A stretch of DNA of 64,000 nt, taken from positions 2,752,001-2,816,000 of the forward strand of contig OY969811.1 of NCBI GenBank assembly GCA_963703315.1, given 5' to 3'. The position numbers and the translations under genes were made by a program. This document shows positions 60,830-64,000 of the stretch, piece by piece. The notes under the pieces were generated by a model that did not search any database, was not told the DNA's origin, and was given only the letters and a program-made list of their open reading frames with translations. The stretch comes from an uncultured cyanobacterium. GTDB lineage: Bacteria; Cyanobacteriota; Cyanobacteriia; Pseudanabaenales; Pseudanabaenaceae. How positions within the stretch are numbered: the stretch's first letter is position 1; the number at the start of each line of letters is the position of its first letter.

Positions 60830-61004
60830 AGTAACGATCGCATTTCAAGTTAACCTAGTACGATCCATAGGAAAGTCCAAAATGAACTGCGATCGCAAAG
60901 ATACCTTTCAAAATAATTAAGTCTAGAGAGTTATCCCGAATCTTGTAACAAATTGTTAAAATAGTCTGTACACTAAGTCTACAAAAAAGTCTACGAAAAT
61001 CCTT

Positions 61005-62966
61005 ATGCCTTCAACCAAAACAGACTTTGAGTTAGATCGTTATGACATTAACGCGATCGCAAACTACTACCGCAACCAACCTTTGCGGGTCTGGTGGCGA
61101 TGCATAGTGATTTTTGTACCATTGATCTGGTTATTTCTCCGACTCCGCCTCAGTGCCAAAGCCTCAGCCCAAGAATTAAAAAAATTAGCGATCGAGTCGC
61201 GTCAGCTATTAACTCGTTTGGGACCTGCTTTTATCAAGATCGGGCAAGCACTTTCAACCCGTCCTGACATCGTGCCGCCAGTCTTCATGGATGAGCTTGC
61301 GGAGTTGCAGGATCAATTACCCCCATTTCCTAACGAAATTGCTTTTCAGTTTATTCGTGAGGCTCTAGGGGCTAATCCATCGGAAGTTTATGCAGAAATA
61401 TCCGACAATCCGATCGCCGCCGCCTCATTGGGACAGGTCTATAAAGGTAGGTTAAAAACAGGTGAACTCGTGGCGATTAAAGTACAGCGCCCCGACATTG
61501 CCGCAGGGATTGCCCTTGATATGTATATCTTGCGAGGCATTGCTACGTGGTTAAAGAAGACTTTCAAATTTGTGCGTACGAACTTAGCGGCAATCCTTGA
61601 TGAATTTGCGAGTCGCATTTTTGAAGAAATGGACTATACCTTTGAGGGGAAGAACGCTGAAAAATTTGCTAAGTACTATGGAGAACTAGAAGGAATATAC
61701 GTTCCTAAAATCTATTGGCAATACACCGCTAAACGGGTGCTAACAATGGAATGGATTGAAGGAATTAAGCTCACCAATGTAGAAAAAGTCAAGGCAGCAG
61801 GTTTTGATAGTCGCCATGTGATTGAAGTTGGTGTGCAATGCTCTTTACGTCAGTTACTCGACTATGGATATTTTCACGCTGATCCTCATCCCGGAAATTT
61901 GTTGGTAATGGGTGATGGCAGATTGGCTTATCTAGATTTTGGGATGATGAGTGAAGTTTCTGCCGATCAACGGTTTGGACTGATTGAGGCGATCGTGCAT
62001 TTAGTCAATCGTGATTTTGCGGCGCTTTCTAAGGACTATGTACGTTTAGGCTTTTTAACGGAAGATATCGATTTTAGTGCGATCGTCCCTGCGCTATCGG
62101 AAGTATTTAATCCACCTGAAGGTCAGAGCTTGACCCAAATGGATTTCAAGGACATGACCGATCAGCTTTCGCAGATCATGTATGACTATCCATTTCAAGT
62201 TCCTGCTTACTATGCACTGATCATCCGATCGCTAGTCACCTTAGAAGGAATCGCCTTTAGTGTCGATCCTAACTTCAAGGTCTTAGCAGTTGCCTATCCT
62301 TATGTAGCCAATCGCTTATTGAATGATTCGGCACCTGAACTGAGAATGGCTCTCAAGGATTTACTGTTCCGTGATGGTGAATTTCGTTGGAATCGTCTAG
62401 AGAATCTCTTGAGTAATGCTCAGACAAATCCTGACTATAACTTAAATGGAACCTTAGATAAAGGAATCGATTTTCTATTGTCCGATCGCAGCGAATTTAT
62501 GCACGATCGCATCATTGATGAGATTGTCAAAGGGATTGAGGTTGAGGCGAGTAAGCGTTTACCTGATAACCTCCGCACTTCTCTAGTCGGTGATATTGTG
62601 GTTGATCCTCAAGTCAAAGATACTATTGCTAAAACGGAAACTCCATCAAGTTTGAGCTATATCGCTAGGATCTGGACAATTTTACAAAAAGATCAAGCGA
62701 TCGCCCCAATAGATATTTTGCCTCTAGCTACGCGCATTCTCAGCAAGCGTCAGACCCTCACCTTTGGGCGCGATGTTATTTCTAAGCTGGCGCAGCGATC
62801 GCTAGTCAGAGCCGTACGTGGGGTCTTACTTCGCGATGAAAATAAATACCAAAATGATAAGCAACAAAATCTCGTCAACAATCAAAATCTGGCAGGCGAA
62901 GAGAGAGAGCTAGTTGGTGCTAATACTTCTGGTTTAAGGCGATCGGTCAACGGACGCAGTTGGTAA
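61005..62966 (+). CDS. ABC1/UbiB/AarF-family atypical kinase
   Basis: LGPAFIKIGQ, AAASLGQVY, VAIKVQRP, FHADPHPGN, LDFGM. Confidence 0.95.
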   Translation: MPSTKTDFELDRYDINAIANYYRNQPLRVWWRCIVIFVPLIWLFLRLRLSAKASAQELKKLAIESRQLLTRLGPAFIKIGQALSTRPDIVPPVFMDELAELQDQLPPFPNEIAFQFIREALGANPSEVYAEISDNPIAAASLGQVYKGRLKTGELVAIKVQRPDIAAGIALDMYILRGIATWLKKTFKFVRTNLAAILDEFASRIFEEMDYTFEGKNAEKFAKYYGELEGIYVPKIYWQYTAKRVLTMEWIEGIKLTNVEKVKAAGFDSRHVIEVGVQCSLRQLLDYGYFHADPHPGNLLVMGDGRLAYLDFGMMSEVSADQRFGLIEAIVHLVNRDFAALSKDYVRLGFLTEDIDFSAIVPALSEVFNPPEGQSLTQMDFKDMTDQLSQIMYDYPFQVPAYYALIIRSLVTLEGIAFSVDPNFKVLAVAYPYVANRLLNDSAPELRMALKDLLFRDGEFRWNRLENLLSNAQTNPDYNLNGTLDKGIDFLLSDRSEFMHDRIIDEIVKGIEVEASKRLPDNLRTSLVGDIVVDPQVKDTIAKTETPSSLSYIARIWTILQKDQAIAPIDILPLATRILSKRQTLTFGRDVISKLAQRSLVRAVRGVLLRDENKYQNDKQQNLVNNQNLAGEERELVGANTSGLRRSVNGRSW

Positions 62967-62970
62967 ATTC

Positions 62971-63017
62971 CAAGTAAAAAGAGAGGCGGTGCAAAGCACC
63001 GCCTCTCTTTTTACTTG
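62971..63017 (+). terminator. palindrome/terminator after the ABC1 kinase gene
   Basis: CAAGTAAAAAGAGAGGCGGT-GCAAAGC-ACCGCCTCTCTTTTTACTTG. Confidence 0.75.
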
Positions 63018-63121
63018 CTTCAGCAAAATTGCTGAGAACTAAATTTTTGTTAATTCTTAACTTGTGTAACTAGACTTTAGTCCATAAAATAAAATTGATC
63101 ATGTGAGGATTGTAAAAGTTT

Positions 63122-64000
63122 ATGCTTAGACTCAAATCTAAAGGTTCGATCAATTTAGTAGCGCTTACCGCCACAACACTCGCTTCCACCCTGATATCTA
63201 GTGCCTTAAGCACCAATCAAGCTCAAGCGGAAACTCAAAAGAATTCAGCGATCGCTACTAATGAATCTGAACTAGTCAGATCTATTGGCAATGATCCAAT
63301 GATCGCCCCACAGACATCTGAGACATTTCAAGAAACAGTTAGCCCCAAGACTGACTCACAGATTATTCGGGCGATCAATACTGAATTACCACAATCTACA
63401 TCACCTAAAAGCCAAAATTCTACAACCGAAAATCTTACTGCTCAAGGCGTTACCTCAGTCTCCCAACTCAGTGATGTCAAACCCACCGACTGGGCATTTA
63501 CCGCATTGCAATCCCTAGTTGAACGCTATGGCTGTATTGCAGGCTATCCTGATCGCACCTATCGTGGTAGACAGGCTACTAGCCGTTACGAATTTGCCGC
63601 AGGTCTCAATGCTTGCCTAGACAAAATCAACGAAATCATCTCCGCAGGACTTGCCGATAAAGTTAGCAAAGAAGACCTTGCTACATTACAAAAACTACAG
63701 GAAGAATTTGCCGCAGAACTTGCCACCTTACGCGGTCGTGTTGATGCGCTTGAGGCAAAAACTGCCAAACTCGAAGCCCAACAGTTCTCGACCACAACCA
63801 AGCTGTATGGTCAAGCAATTTTTGGCTTACAAAGCCGTTTTGCCAATACAGGCAACCTGACCCCTAGAAACGGCACACGCAACACCGTTGATGATGCGAC
63901 TAACCTCACCTTCGGCTATAACTTGCAATTGAGCTTAGTTACCCAATTCGACAACCGTAGCCTTTTGCTAACGGGCTTGCAAGCAGGTAATGCCACTACA
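63122..64000 (+). CDS. cyanobacterial SLH-domain outer-membrane porin (OprB / iron-uptake porin family), partial, runs off the window
   Basis: Open frame from ATG 63122; VTSVSQLSDVKPTDWAFTALQSLVERYGCIAGYPD, RYEFAAGLNACL, QFSTTTKL; missing from the ORF track because it has no stop in the window. Confidence 0.93.
   Translation, partial: MLRLKSKGSINLVALTATTLASTLISSALSTNQAQAETQKNSAIATNESELVRSIGNDPMIAPQTSETFQETVSPKTDSQIIRAINTELPQSTSPKSQNSTTENLTAQGVTSVSQLSDVKPTDWAFTALQSLVERYGCIAGYPDRTYRGRQATSRYEFAAGLNACLDKINEIISAGLADKVSKEDLATLQKLQEEFAAELATLRGRVDALEAKTAKLEAQQFSTTTKLYGQAIFGLQSRFANTGNLTPRNGTRNTVDDATNLTFGYNLQLSLVTQFDNRSLLLTGLQAGNATT

Noticed and set aside
60940..60960. NtcA-like site upstream of the ABC1 kinase gene
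   Set aside because: GTAACAAATTGTTA does not fit GTA-N8-TAC
867..63860. Many 60-140 aa ORFs nested in or antisense to long genes
   Set aside because: Shadow frames of well-supported CDSs with no independent motifs
1..64000. HIP1 abundance as a novelty
   Set aside because: Well-known cyanobacterial feature; only its position at cassette and IS boundaries is reported

Overview
AT-rich cyanobacterial chromosomal window, Pseudanabaena-like by inference (dense HIP1 octamer GCGATCGC, chlD, biliverdin reductase, SLH porin). Housekeeping genes (comF, glmS, chlD, bvdR, thrB, GH57/DUF3536, aroE, DAACS symporter, ABC1 kinase, porin) frame three accessory blocks. (1) A ~33 kb signalling island (6.6-39.4 kb) has 8 histidine kinases, 3 stand-alone receivers, 3 GGDEF/EAL proteins and a substrate-binding protein, but no DNA-binding response regulator. 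An ISAs1 element (28-bp TIRs, 10-bp TSD) has cut the last receiver of one kinase. (2) A DUF29 pseudogene and an RloA/RloB-like pair are followed by what looks like the displaced 3' end of a second rloB allele. (3) A defence-like island (49.3-57.0 kb) holds a wHTH-like protein, a P-loop ATPase and a PUA-like/PD-(D/E)xK nuclease, surrounded by toxin-antitoxin modules. The most striking structure is in block 3: TA modules sit as ~0.8-1.25 kb cassettes between short direct repeats that contain a HIP1 site. Three of these repeats are copies of the 3' end of the nuclease gene. This suggests a HIP1-anchored, integron-like cassette array with no integrase in the window. MITE-like elements and long palindromes with GC-NNA-GC loops occupy many intergenic spaces. 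No rRNA, tRNA or CRISPR array was seen. All family calls come from motif recognition by eye; no database searches were run.
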